A DNA stretch of 33,159 nucleotides from Actinomycetota bacterium (GTDB lineage Bacteria; Actinomycetota; Actinomycetes; S36-B12; UBA5976). Positions within the stretch are counted from its first letter, which is position 1. Each line of letters starts with the position of its first letter. A model generated the notes under the pieces. That model was not told the DNA's origin. It saw only the letters and a list, made by a program, of their open reading frames with translations, and did no database searches. The stretch covers positions 1-33,159 of the forward strand of contig CANFIL010000001.1 in the NCBI GenBank assembly GCA_947447095.1, in the 5' to 3' direction. Shown here piece by piece: positions 24,370-33,159 of the stretch. Position numbers and translations under genes: made by a program.

Positions 24370-25152
24370 TCAGCGCTCTTCTTGAACAGAGTTACCCCCA
24401 TCAACGACCAATACTTGGCCGGTGATGTAGGACGCTTCACGGGAAGCAAGCCAACCTACGGCCGCCGCTACCTCTGCCGGAGTGGCCGAACGACCCATAG
24501 GTGTCTTAGCCCCGTGGCCAACTTCGCTTTCAAGTTGTGAATCAGTCTGAATCCAGCCTGGTGCCACAGCATTCACCGTAATTCCGCGAATAGCTTCGTC
24601 GACGGCGAGTGCCTTCGTAAATCCGACCATTCCAGCCTTTGACGTCGCATAAGCAACATCGTTTCTAATAGCCATGACGGGTCCCGTCACGCTTGACATC
24701 ATGATGATGCGACCGTGTGAAGACTTTCGGATTGTTGGCAGGGCTGCATGCGTCACGTAAAAGGCGGAATCTAGATTGCGCGAGAGTGAACCTCGCCATC
24801 CCGCGATCGTCATGTCAGCTGCATCTTCGGCTTCCCCGGATTCATGTTGTGGTGCAGCCATACTGGTCATGCCCGCGTTATTCACCAAGATGTCTAGCCC
24901 GCCAAGTTTGCTTACTGCGTCAGCAACCATCGAAGCCGCTTGCCCGGGAACAGTCAGATCGGCACAACTGGCAAACGCCGTCACACCTGCTGCCTTCAAT
25001 TCCTCTGCCCGCTGCAAGACTCGCTCGCTTGCGCCTGTCAGATAAACCGAGGCGCCCATCTCGGCGAGCAACTGTGCACTGACATATCCAATACCCGTTG
25101 CCGAACCAGCGCCGGTGATGAGCGCCTTGGCGCCCGTGAGGTCAAAAGCCAT
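24370..25152 (-). CDS. Short-chain dehydrogenase/reductase (FabG-like SDR)
   Basis: 260-aa ORF with the cofactor motif ALITGAGSATGIGY, an NNAG motif and the catalytic YATSKAG (YxxxK). Confidence 0.9.
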   Translation of the reverse strand: MAFDLTGAKALITGAGSATGIGYVSAQLLAEMGASVYLTGASERVLQRAEELKAAGVTAFASCADLTVPGQAASMVADAVSKLGGLDILVNNAGMTSMAAPQHESGEAEDAADMTIAGWRGSLSRNLDSAFYVTHAALPTIRKSSHGRIIMMSSVTGPVMAIRNDVAYATSKAGMVGFTKALAVDEAIRGITVNAVAPGWIQTDSQLESEVGHGAKTPMGRSATPAEVAAAVGWLASREASYITGQVLVVDGGNSVQEER

Positions 25153-25303
25153 GTGAAGTCCTAGTTGCTAATGGGGATGGTGTGACTAAGTATTGCGAAA
25201 AAGCCCGTAAATGTGGCACTAATCGCGTGCTATCTCACATGTTTCTGGGCGGTTTGCCCAAAATTGACTGGCAAGATTGGAGGTACGTCTCCAAGGAGTA
25301 GGT

Positions 25304-26692
25304 ATGTCAGCAAATAGCCCCGGTTACGCCATCACATTGCGTGTTGAACTCAGCCCAGAGTCAGCATCAACCGCAGGACTTGCTCAAGCAGTCAGCGACT
25401 GTGGCGCAAGTTTGACGGCGCTCGACGTTGTCGAATCCAGCTACGAGCGCATGGTCGTCGACGTGACCTGCGATACCTCAGATGTTGATCACGCAGACCA
25501 GGTCACCGCTGCAATTAAGGCGCTGCCCGGAGCCACCGTGCGCAACGTCAGCGACCGTACCTTCCTGTTACACCTCGGCGGAAAAATCGAAGTCAAGCCA
25601 AAGGTGCCACTTCGTACCCGAGATGACTTGTCCCGCGCGTACACCCCAGGTGTAGCCCGCGTATGTATGGCAATTGCCGAAGATCCAAAGAGTGCCCGCC
25701 ACCTCACGATCAAGCGCAACACGGTTGCAGTTGTTACCGACGGTTCTGCGGTACTTGGACTTGGCAACATCGGTCCAGCTGCTGCGCTTCCTGTGATGGA
25801 GGGTAAGGCTGCCTTGTTCAAGCAGTTTGCCGACGTGGATGCATGGCCCGTTTGCCTCGACACTCAAGACGTTGATGAAATCGTTCGCACTGTTCAGATT
25901 CTTGCTCCGCAGTATGGCGGCATCAACCTCGAAGATATTTCAGCACCACGTTGCTTCGAAGTAGAAGCACGGTTGCGCGAACTTCTCGACATCCCCGTTT
26001 TCCACGATGACCAGCACGGTACGGCAATCGTTGTACTCGCTGCATTGCAGAACGCATTAAAGATCGTGAAGAAGAAGCCAGAGGATTTGAAGATCATCCT
26101 GAGTGGAGCTGGCGCAGCCGGTACCGCAATTGCGCAGTTGCTCATGGAAACTGGCGTGAAGAACATCGTTGCTTTTGATTCCAAGGGCGCTGTCTATGAC
26201 GGTCGTCCTGGCGGCAACAGCACCAGCACCTGGATGCTTGAAAACACGAACAAAGATGAATTCAAGGGAACGCTTGGCGAGAGTCTCAAGGGCGCAGATG
26301 TATTTATTGGCGTCAGCGCACCAGACATCATCACCGAAGCCGAAGTAGCAACGATGGCTGATAAGTCAATCGTGTTCGCAATGGCTAACCCTGATCCTGA
26401 AATCGATCCGATCTTGGCCGCCAAGCACGCCGCGATTGTTGCAACGGGACGAAGCGATTATCCGAATCAAATCAATAACGTTTTGGCATTCCCTGGAATT
26501 TTCCGCGGCTTGCTGGATGCTGGCGCGTACAAGATCACGACTGCGACGTTGATCGCTGCGGCTCAAGCAATTGCAGATTGCGTAAAGCCAGAACAGCTCA
26601 ACGCCAGCTACATCGTGCCAAGCGTTTTCGACCCGCATGTCGCAACCTCTGTTGCTGCAGCCGTTCAGCGCGTTGCTGAGGCTGGCAAGTAA
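25304..26692 (+). CDS. NAD(P)-dependent malic enzyme (small type) with N-terminal ACT-like domain
   Basis: The ATG at 25304 is preceded by AAGGAG (25293..25298). Malic-enzyme blocks are present: [60 protein letters not shown] and GAGAAGTAI. About 85 N-terminal residues form an ACT-like regulatory module. Confidence 0.9.
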   Translation: MSANSPGYAITLRVELSPESASTAGLAQAVSDCGASLTALDVVESSYERMVVDVTCDTSDVDHADQVTAAIKALPGATVRNVSDRTFLLHLGGKIEVKPKVPLRTRDDLSRAYTPGVARVCMAIAEDPKSARHLTIKRNTVAVVTDGSAVLGLGNIGPAAALPVMEGKAALFKQFADVDAWPVCLDTQDVDEIVRTVQILAPQYGGINLEDISAPRCFEVEARLRELLDIPVFHDDQHGTAIVVLAALQNALKIVKKKPEDLKIILSGAGAAGTAIAQLLMETGVKNIVAFDSKGAVYDGRPGGNSTSTWMLENTNKDEFKGTLGESLKGADVFIGVSAPDIITEAEVATMADKSIVFAMANPDPEIDPILAAKHAAIVATGRSDYPNQINNVLAFPGIFRGLLDAGAYKITTATLIAAAQAIADCVKPEQLNASYIVPSVFDPHVATSVAAAVQRVAEAGK

Positions 26693-26707
26693 CAAATTTG
26701 TCTGAAA

Positions 26708-26746
26708 GTAAGGCTCATAGCTCAGCGGCTATGGGCCTTACCTTTT
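26708..26746 (+). terminator. Intrinsic terminator after the malic enzyme gene
   Basis: gtaaggctcatagc / gctatgggccttac forms a 14-bp stem with one G-U pair. It is followed by CTTTTG. Confidence 0.65.
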
Positions 26747-26864
26747 GAGCAAAGTGGGGTTCTCGAAAAGATCTTCACTATCCACGGGACATTCGACGCT
26801 TGACCGTTATTTAGTTGAAAGTTAAACTAAAGTAATTGAACCTTCAACTTTTCAGGAGAAACAC

Positions 26865-27407
26865 ATGGCAGATCTAGCTGCAGTAAATGGCACATGGGCA
26901 ATCGACCCATCACACTCACGTCTTGGCTTCGAAGCCCGTCACGCAGTTGTCACCAAGGTCCGCGGTCACTTCGCTGACTTCACCGGCACCGTAGTCGTAG
27001 GCGCAGACCTCGCATCATCAAGCGTTGTCGTAGACGCAAAGCTCGATTCAATCGACACTGGCTCGGCAGACCGCGATGGTCACCTCAAGAGCGCTGACTT
27101 CTTCGACACCGAGAACACCAATGTTCTTTCTTTCAAGTCAACTTCAATCAAGGCTGATGGCGACGATTACATCGTTACTGGCGACCTAACAATCAAGGAC
27201 GTCACCAAGAGCGTTGATCTCAAGGTTGAAGCAACTGGCACCGCAACCGATCCATTCGGCAACGTGCGCGCAGGCTTTGAAGGCACTGCCGAAATCAATC
27301 GCAAGGACTTCGGTCTGACCTGGAACGTTGCACTTGAAGCTGGCGGCCTATTGGTCAGCGAAAAGATCAAGTTGCAGCTCGACATCTCAGCAATCAAGCA
27401 GGCATAA
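26865..27407 (+). CDS. YceI family (polyisoprenoid-binding) protein
   Basis: 180-aa ORF. WAIDPSHSRLGFEARHAVVTKVRGHFADFTG is the characteristic YceI N-terminal block. An AGGAGA RBS lies upstream. Confidence 0.9.
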   Translation: MADLAAVNGTWAIDPSHSRLGFEARHAVVTKVRGHFADFTGTVVVGADLASSSVVVDAKLDSIDTGSADRDGHLKSADFFDTENTNVLSFKSTSIKADGDDYIVTGDLTIKDVTKSVDLKVEATGTATDPFGNVRAGFEGTAEINRKDFGLTWNVALEAGGLLVSEKIKLQLDISAIKQA

Positions 27408-27425
27408 CTTTCTGCACCAACAGCG

Positions 27426-27470
27426 AAGGCCGGCTCCCACAATCGTGGAGGTCGGCCTTTGGTGTTTCCG
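27426..27470 (+). terminator. Probable intrinsic terminator between convergent genes
   Basis: aaggccggctcccac-aatc-gtggaggtcggcctt forms a 15-position stem with one mismatch and two G-U pairs. It is followed by TTGGTGTTTCC. Confidence 0.5.
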
Positions 27471-27478
27471 GTTATTAA

Positions 27479-27697
27479 TTAACCAGCAAGTGCGTCACGG
27501 AATCGATCCATGACAGATCGGCGAGTCTGTACGTTTCCGTACTTATCTGCCTTGAATGAACGAACGATCGATGGAATCTGACCGATGCGATCTTCTGCGA
27601 TTGCATTGTTGATGTAGATCGCATAGCTGACCTGGAGATCATCCTGGCTTAGCTCTTTGACCATATTCTTGTCATCCGCTTTGTGAGCGAGACTCAT
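27479..27697 (-). CDS. Small hypothetical protein (72 aa)
   Basis: The ATG at 27697 is preceded by GGAGGAAAT on the minus strand, a strong RBS. There is no Cys and no hydrophobic segment, and I recognise no family. Confidence 0.55.
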   Translation of the reverse strand: MSLAHKADDKNMVKELSQDDLQVSYAIYINNAIAEDRIGQIPSIVRSFKADKYGNVQTRRSVMDRFRDALAG

Positions 27698-27852
27698 ATT
27701 TCCTCCAAATACGCGGGTTTTGCGTACTTTTAGTATCTCACGGCTTCGTTACCAAAAAGTTACCAAAGCCCATGCTCTGAGTGAACAGTGCTGTGAGACT
27801 GCCCACACGCGCAGCCTGAACGACCTGTGAAACGCGAGTAACATTGCTGAAC

Positions 27853-28332
27853 ATGACCGAGTCGCGCGATCACCTGACCCACATTGATGCCTCTGGCAAT
27901 GCCCACATGGTTGATGTGGCAGATCGCGATGTGACGGTTCGTACCGCAAGTGCGACAGGCCGAGTACTACTCAGCCCAAAAGTTGTTGCGATGCTTCGCG
28001 ATAATTCGGTGCCAAAGGGTGACGTTCTTGCAACGGCACGTATCGCAGGAATCATGGGGGCCAAGCGCACTCCAGATTTGATTCCGCTGTGCCACCCAAT
28101 TGCCATTCACGGTGTCAATCTCGAACTTGCCACAGAGGACTTTGGCGTTCAGATCAACGTTTCCGTTAAGACTGCAGACCGCACTGGCGTGGAAATGGAA
28201 GCACTCACCGCTGTCACCGTTGCTGCACTCACCGTCATTGACATGGTCAAGGCAATTGATCCCGGCGCGCAAATTACCGACGTTGGTGTGACTGAAAAAG
28301 ACGGCGGTCGTAACGGACTGTGGACTCGATAG
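27853..28332 (+). CDS. moaC: Cyclic pyranopterin monophosphate synthase MoaC
   Basis: LTHIDASGNAHMVDV, GDVLATARIAGIMGAKRTPDLIPLCHP and TGVEMEALTAV are characteristic MoaC blocks. I prefer the ATG at 27853 to the upstream TTG at 27844. Confidence 0.92.
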   Translation: MTESRDHLTHIDASGNAHMVDVADRDVTVRTASATGRVLLSPKVVAMLRDNSVPKGDVLATARIAGIMGAKRTPDLIPLCHPIAIHGVNLELATEDFGVQINVSVKTADRTGVEMEALTAVTVAALTVIDMVKAIDPGAQITDVGVTEKDGGRNGLWTR

Positions 28333-28336
28333 TCCT

Positions 28337-28825
28337 ATGAGTCATCGCGCGGCAGTTATTACTGCGAGTAATCGAGCTAGCCAAGGTATCTATGCAGATA
28401 CCAGTGGCGAGATCCTTCGCGACGGACTCATTGCTCTGGGCTACGACGTAGCTGAAGTAACTGTTGTCCCTGACGACGTAGAGCTCATTCAACATGCGAT
28501 CGCGAGTGCGTTGACTTCTGGAATTGACTTAGTCGTAACGACCGGCGGAACTGGTATTTCACAATTTGATCTCACGCCAGAAGCAACAGCTCCACTTATT
28601 AAGAAACTGTTACCTGGAATTCCAGAAGCACTCCGCGCCTACTCACGAGATAAAGTGCCAACGGCGGATCTGACGCGTGGCCTTGCAGGTGTTACCGATG
28701 GGACACTCATTATCAACTTGCCTGGTTCACCAGGCGGCGTCCGCGACGGCCTTGTCATTATTGAGCGCCTTGCCGGTCATGTACTTGAGCAAATTGCTGG
28801 CGTTGACCACACACCAAGTAGCTAA
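28337..28825 (+). CDS. MogA/MoaB family molybdenum cofactor biosynthesis protein (MoCF_biosynth domain)
   Basis: 162-aa ORF starting 4 nt after moaC. The motifs are VVTTGGTGISQFDLTPEA and LPGSPGG. Confidence 0.85.
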   Translation: MSHRAAVITASNRASQGIYADTSGEILRDGLIALGYDVAEVTVVPDDVELIQHAIASALTSGIDLVVTTGGTGISQFDLTPEATAPLIKKLLPGIPEALRAYSRDKVPTADLTRGLAGVTDGTLIINLPGSPGGVRDGLVIIERLAGHVLEQIAGVDHTPSS

Positions 28826-28875
28826 TTCATGACCGCTGTCTCACGCTGAGGCCAGAGGTATGACAGATTAGAAAC

Positions 28876-30147
28876 GTGAGCCTAGGTCTAGCAACGCGTT
28901 CTGCAGAGCGCCTCAAGCAACGAGAGTTGCGCAAGATGAAGCTCGTTGCGACAGGTTTCCTTTTAGGATCAGCAATCATTTTCGTCGTAGCGCGCCGCAT
29001 CGAAACTCACGGCGGACCGACCTGGGTTGCGTATGTTCGTGCAGCAGCTGAAGCCGGCATGGTTGGCGGCATTGCCGACTGGTTTGCTGTCACAGCCCTG
29101 TTTCGTCACCCTTTAGGCATTCCAATTCCACACACCGCAATCATTCCAAGACGCAAAGATGCGATCGCTGAAGGATTAAGTGAATTCGTAAGCGACAACT
29201 TTTTGAGCGAAAAAGTCGTACGCGACAAGTTATCTAGCGCACGCATTGCCCAACGCCTAGGTTCCTGGATCAGCGATCCTGCCAACGCCACAACCGTCAC
29301 CAATGAAATGGCTACCGGCATTGCATGGCTAACCGAACTTGGCGATGATGAGCAGATTGCCGCGGTTATCGAAGAACAATTTCGTCGCATTGCAAATAAC
29401 TTTGATGCCGCGACTCCGCTTGCTGCGCTAGTTGATCGCATCATTGCGAACCAGGCGTACGGCCCAGTTGTTGACCTCTTGGTTGACACCCTTGAACACC
29501 GTTTAGTCAGCGACCCACAACGTGCCCAAGATTGGTTCGACAAACAATTGCCGAAGTGGCTTCCTGGTTTTGGTAAAGACCGAGTAGGCGAGTGGGTCTA
29601 CGGACATTTGATTGATTGGACCAAAGCTGTCCGCAGTGACCTCGATCATCCGATTCGTAAATGGGTTGAGCGCGGCTTGGTTGAGCTTGCCGACAACTTA
29701 CGGGACGACGAACAACTCGGATTGCGAGTCAACGAAATCAAGATGGAACTGGTTGACCGCGGAGAAATTCGTCATACCGTTTCCGATCTGTGGATTTCTG
29801 CAAAGAACACGTTAAATGACGATGCTCAGAATCCAGTAAGCCCACTTCGCGTGAAGGCCACATCATTACTTGTTCAGTTCGGGGAAAAGCTTTCGAACGA
29901 TCCTGCTTTGCGCAACACCATTGACTCAGCGATTGAAAATGTTGCAGGACATTTAGTCGAAAGTTATCGAGATGAAATAGCGGGCATCATTACAGACACG
30001 ATTGCTCGCTGGGATGCTAACGACACTTCGCGCAAGATTGAACTTCATGTGGGAAGAGACCTGCAATTCATTCGTGTGAATGGAACTGTGGTCGGCGCCT
30101 TGGCGGGACTGCTGATTTATGCCGCAGGTCAATTAGTTGCTGGTTAG
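28876..30147 (+). CDS. DUF445 family membrane-associated protein
   Basis: 423-aa ORF with a GTG start. The GGIADWFAVTALFRHPLGIPIPHTAIIPRRKD block is the DUF445 hallmark, and a C-terminal hydrophobic helix is present. Confidence 0.85.
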   Translation: MSLGLATRSAERLKQRELRKMKLVATGFLLGSAIIFVVARRIETHGGPTWVAYVRAAAEAGMVGGIADWFAVTALFRHPLGIPIPHTAIIPRRKDAIAEGLSEFVSDNFLSEKVVRDKLSSARIAQRLGSWISDPANATTVTNEMATGIAWLTELGDDEQIAAVIEEQFRRIANNFDAATPLAALVDRIIANQAYGPVVDLLVDTLEHRLVSDPQRAQDWFDKQLPKWLPGFGKDRVGEWVYGHLIDWTKAVRSDLDHPIRKWVERGLVELADNLRDDEQLGLRVNEIKMELVDRGEIRHTVSDLWISAKNTLNDDAQNPVSPLRVKATSLLVQFGEKLSNDPALRNTIDSAIENVAGHLVESYRDEIAGIITDTIARWDANDTSRKIELHVGRDLQFIRVNGTVVGALAGLLIYAAGQLVAG

Positions 30148-31094
30148 TAAGCCGCGCGACCTAGTCGGTCACGGACAGCTTCAGCTAAACCTTCATCTTG
30201 CGGTGTGACAACGTAAATCACGTCTAGGTGCTGTTCGTCGGCAGAGCGCAATGCTGCATACAACGAGTTTGCGAATTCTTCGATCGTTGTCGGAGCAGCT
30301 AAACGAGTTACTCCAACAGGGGTCGAGATCTCGCGAAATGCGATCAATCCACCTGTGGTGAGTGAAGCCACGATCTCAGCGTTGATCAACTGAACCGAGG
30401 CTTTCGGCGAATAGTGCGAGGCCAGTGCTCCAGATACACGCGGCGCATCTGTTCCTTGTTCGGCAACAGGCAGCCCAGTGATATCAGTAATGGTCTTACG
30501 CGTGATGCCGCCTGGCCGCAAAATCACAGGCTGATCGCCAGTGGCCAGCACAATCGTTGATTCAACTCCAACGTCACATGGCCCGCCGTCCAAAATCGCC
30601 CCGTCATGCGCAGTCAGATAGTCACCGAGATCTGCGGCAACATGTTGCGCACTGGTTGGCGACACATGACCAAAGCGGTTAGCACTTGGCGCAACAACAC
30701 CGTGGATATCTCGCAGCGATAATTCATTCAACATTTTTAGTGTGAGTGAGTGAGCCGGCACTCGAACCGCAACAGTGTCTTGGCCACCAGTGATGTGATC
30801 GGTTGCACGCGTGGTTCGCGGACCAACTAATGTCAACGGTCCAGGCCAGCAGACGCGTGCTAAATCAATTGCCCACTGTGGAAGTTCGCGAATCCACAGC
30901 ATGGCCTCATCGAGCGATGCAACATGCACAATCAGTGGATGATTTGTTGGGCGGCCTTTGGCAGCGAAAACGTGAGCCACTGAATCCGGGTTTGATGCAT
31001 CTGCTGCAAGCCCGTAAACAGTTTCGGTAGGAATCGCACAAAGCGATCCACTCGCTATGACGTCAGTTGCCTCGTGAGGGTCAGTGACGATCAC
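30144..31094 (-). CDS. L-threonylcarbamoyladenylate synthase, long form (TsaC/Sua5 with C-terminal Sua5 domain)
   Basis: 316-aa ORF with a GTG start. The motifs are PTETVYGLAADA, KGRPTNHPLIVHV and VAVRVPAH. The stop overlaps the convergent DUF445 stop (30144..30147). Confidence 0.9.
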   Translation of the reverse strand: MIVTDPHEATDVIASGSLCAIPTETVYGLAADASNPDSVAHVFAAKGRPTNHPLIVHVASLDEAMLWIRELPQWAIDLARVCWPGPLTLVGPRTTRATDHITGGQDTVAVRVPAHSLTLKMLNELSLRDIHGVVAPSANRFGHVSPTSAQHVAADLGDYLTAHDGAILDGGPCDVGVESTIVLATGDQPVILRPGGITRKTITDITGLPVAEQGTDAPRVSGALASHYSPKASVQLINAEIVASLTTGGLIAFREISTPVGVTRLAAPTTIEEFANSLYAALRSADEQHLDVIYVVTPQDEGLAEAVRDRLGRAAY

Positions 31095-31097
31095 GAT

Positions 31098-32285
31098 TTA
31101 TCCCCACCAGAATGCGCATGCGATTGCGACATAAAGCGCCAGCAAGGCAGCGCCTTCAAACCACGTAGATTCGCCATCTTCGACTACGACAACAGTGATC
31201 AATGTTGCGATGACAAGCACCGCAAGCAGCATCGGCGTTAAAACCAGCGTGAATGTAGCGGCACCAACCAGTGGCGCAGCCAATGCGATCAATGGAGCCA
31301 CAATCATCGCGACCTGGACCGGAGACTGCAAAATGATTTGCAGCGCATACTCAGGTTGGTTACGTGCACACAGTTGAATACCCACGACATTTTCAACTGC
31401 ATTGCCAGCAATCGCCACGATGATCAAACCCGCGAACGTGGCATTGATGTTGAGCGAATCCATCGCCGGCGAAAGAGCTGAAACAAACCAATCTGAGACA
31501 AAGGCTGATGCAATACCTGTGACTGCGAGAATCGATACGCCGAGGGTGAGTGACCACGCTCCATGATGTTCAGTTTCACTTCGAGCTTCCATCGCCTCGG
31601 TTGATGACGTTGTCGGCCCAGCACCCGTGCGCAAAATATCTGGCAAGGACGCTGCAAACAGAGCCAACAGCAAAAGCGAAATGACGATCGTGATAACTCG
31701 CTCATGTCCAGCTGCTGGCGTATGCAATGTCGAAGTAAGCGTTGGAATTGCTAAGACCGCCACACTGAGCAGCAGCATCAATCCAAGTTGCCGGCTAGCG
31801 ACTTCGCTAAAACGTTGTCGCCCATGCTTCAATCCACCTACGACATAGGCAAGGCCGGCAACGAGAAGCACATTTGCCAGTACTGAGCCGACGATGGTGG
31901 CTTTAACGACGTCATAAAGTCCGGCCTTAAGCGCGAACATAATGACAAAAATTTCTGGAAGGTTTGCCAGAAACGATTGAAGTACGCCAGTTGCACCGGG
32001 ACCCAATTTGTCGCCGATTGCTTCCACGCATCGACCGACCAAGCTCGCAAGCGCGGCCAGAGCAATGCCGGCAACAACGAAAGCGACGATCGGACCATTG
32101 GAATTGTGAAAGACCCCAGCTGCGATCGTAGCCGCCACACAAACTGCAAGTAGTTTTCGATCACTACTACTGAATGGTCCTGATGTGCCGTGTGGCATGT
32201 GAATCACTGGCATTGCGCGACGCGACCCACGGGAACTTCTGCGTTCGGTGGTCGATGGCGTCGGATCAATGCGGCGTCTGGACAT
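31098..32285 (-). CDS. Calcium/cation:proton antiporter (CaCA/CAX family)
   Basis: Polytopic ORF with two alpha-repeat signatures, LANLPEIFV and AGNAVENVVG (GNxxE type). The start is uncertain: the longest ORF has an Arg/Ser-rich N-terminal tail. It lies 3 nt upstream of the Sua5 gene. Confidence 0.85.
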   Translation of the reverse strand: MSRRRIDPTPSTTERRSSRGSRRAMPVIHMPHGTSGPFSSSDRKLLAVCVAATIAAGVFHNSNGPIVAFVVAGIALAALASLVGRCVEAIGDKLGPGATGVLQSFLANLPEIFVIMFALKAGLYDVVKATIVGSVLANVLLVAGLAYVVGGLKHGRQRFSEVASRQLGLMLLLSVAVLAIPTLTSTLHTPAAGHERVITIVISLLLLALFAASLPDILRTGAGPTTSSTEAMEARSETEHHGAWSLTLGVSILAVTGIASAFVSDWFVSALSPAMDSLNINATFAGLIIVAIAGNAVENVVGIQLCARNQPEYALQIILQSPVQVAMIVAPLIALAAPLVGAATFTLVLTPMLLAVLVIATLITVVVVEDGESTWFEGAALLALYVAIACAFWWG

Positions 32286-32289
32286 GGCT

Positions 32290-33159
32290 TCAGTCTACTG
32301 AAACAGGAGTTGCCACTTCGATCGCTGAAATGATGCGTTCCCGCAAAACGCCTGCACGCATTGCAAAATCACGTTGGCGCTTAACGAATTCGGCTCGCCC
32401 TTCTGGAGTCTCAACCCGAATTGGCGCCACACCTAATTCGAGTAAGTCGTAGGGAGCCACCTGCATGTCCACAAGGCGTATATCTCGAGCAAGCGAAAAC
32501 GTCTCTCGAATAATTTCACTTCCAAGTAACGGGGCAAGCTGCTGTGCGTACTTGTATAAATCCATGTTTCCATGAAGGCATCCGGGTTGTTCTTGATCAA
32601 TTTGATCTATGCGGGTGAGTTGTAATGGATTAATAGGACGAGCTTCATCCGTGAAGAAACGAAATGCATCGAAGTGTGTGCAGCGTAAACCTTGTTCATT
32701 GATCGTCGCGCGGATCTCGTCTTGAGATAAACGAAGGGGCCAGGCTTCATGGCGAACGTCATTTTGACCAAGCACCATTGCCCATTCGTGTAATCCAAAG
32801 CAGCCAGAACGTGCGGGCCGCGAATGTGTCAGTGCAAGGAAGTTTCGAATCGTGGCGAAAGTTGACTGTGAATCTTTGAACCAGGTGGGGTCTATAGAAA
32901 TTACGCCATCTACAAATTCGTATCGCGCGTCGGCAAGTTCGTCAAAATCCTGCGCCGTGGCTTCCAGTGCATAACCAAACCCAGGATGCCAATTGCGAAG
33001 TTTCTTTGGACTGATCGGGTAGTACTCGAAGAGAAAGTCATCGACAGGATGTTTCTCTTGGCGGGCTCGACGAGTAAGGCGCGGAGTAATCCATGGCTCA
33101 ACGATGGAATAGTGCTCATCGCGCAGCGCGTGCCACTTTTCGAGGCGGAGCAGTTCCAT
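32290..33159 (-). CDS. Conserved actinobacterial protein; from memory, homologs are often annotated as a putative 3-methyladenine DNA glycosylase
   Basis: The 289-aa ORF has its ATG exactly at the window edge, so it may extend further. The N-terminal pattern W...R...H...V.PWITPRL.RRARQEKHPVDDFLFEYYPISPKKLRNWHPG matches my recollection of that family. The function is unverified. Confidence 0.6.
   Translation of the reverse strand: MELLRLEKWHALRDEHYSIVEPWITPRLTRRARQEKHPVDDFLFEYYPISPKKLRNWHPGFGYALEATAQDFDELADARYEFVDGVISIDPTWFKDSQSTFATIRNFLALTHSRPARSGCFGLHEWAMVLGQNDVRHEAWPLRLSQDEIRATINEQGLRCTHFDAFRFFTDEARPINPLQLTRIDQIDQEQPGCLHGNMDLYKYAQQLAPLLGSEIIRETFSLARDIRLVDMQVAPYDLLELGVAPIRVETPEGRAEFVKRQRDFAMRAGVLRERIISAIEVATPVSVD

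Noticed and set aside
27698-27852. Moco riboswitch upstream of moaC
   Set aside because: I could not recognise the conserved Moco-motif helices or loop sequences by eye. This needs a covariance-model scan, so I report only the direct repeat.

Overview
This is a very compact, almost fully coding stretch of chromosome. The gene content looks actinobacterial: an LCP / amidase / TIGR03089-like / NDP-sugar pyrophosphorylase block, a PAC2 protein, MoaC-MogA and a YceI protein. GC looks moderate by eye, and three convergent gene pairs share stop-codon nucleotides, which suggests a streamlined genome. I could run no database search, so every family assignment rests on motifs read from the translations.

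Left third (1..10.5 kb): a cell-envelope phospho-glycopolymer locus. It holds a LicC-like nucleotidyltransferase (partial), a TagF-like phosphotransferase, two CDP-alcohol phosphotransferase paralogs, a GT2, an LCP ligase, a secreted amidase_2 protein and a sugar-1-P nucleotidyltransferase.

Middle (12.8..21.5 kb): a beta-lactamase-fold lipoprotein and tRNA-Lys(UUU), followed by a TetR regulator and a 1264-aa modular LRR / Listeria-Bacteroides-repeat secreted protein. After these come a structured intergenic spacer, a roughly 700-aa polytopic membrane protein of unknown function and an isochorismatase-family hydrolase.

Right third: housekeeping genes. These are BI-1/YccA, a Zn-ADH, an SDR, an ACT-malic enzyme, YceI, MoaC, MogA/MoaB, DUF445, Sua5/TsaC and a CAX antiporter.

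The most interesting signal is at the DNA level and invisible to ORF calling. A degenerate same-strand copy of the 3' half of tRNA-Lys sits 4.7 kb downstream of the intact tRNA: 25 of 30 nt identical, including an exact 14-mer. The two copies bracket exactly the TetR + giant LRR protein pair, the geometry expected of an integrase-less, tRNA-targeted islet. The copy can alternatively be folded into a decayed tRNA-like cloverleaf.

Secondary points of interest:
- The envelope locus uses two CDP-alcohol phosphotransferase paralogs, one of which has the last signature Asp replaced by His.
- The giant protein has internal repeat architecture and no recognisable anchor.
- A perfect palindrome lies in the TetR/LRR divergent promoter region.

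I saw no CRISPR array, transposase, integrase or recognisable defence gene.
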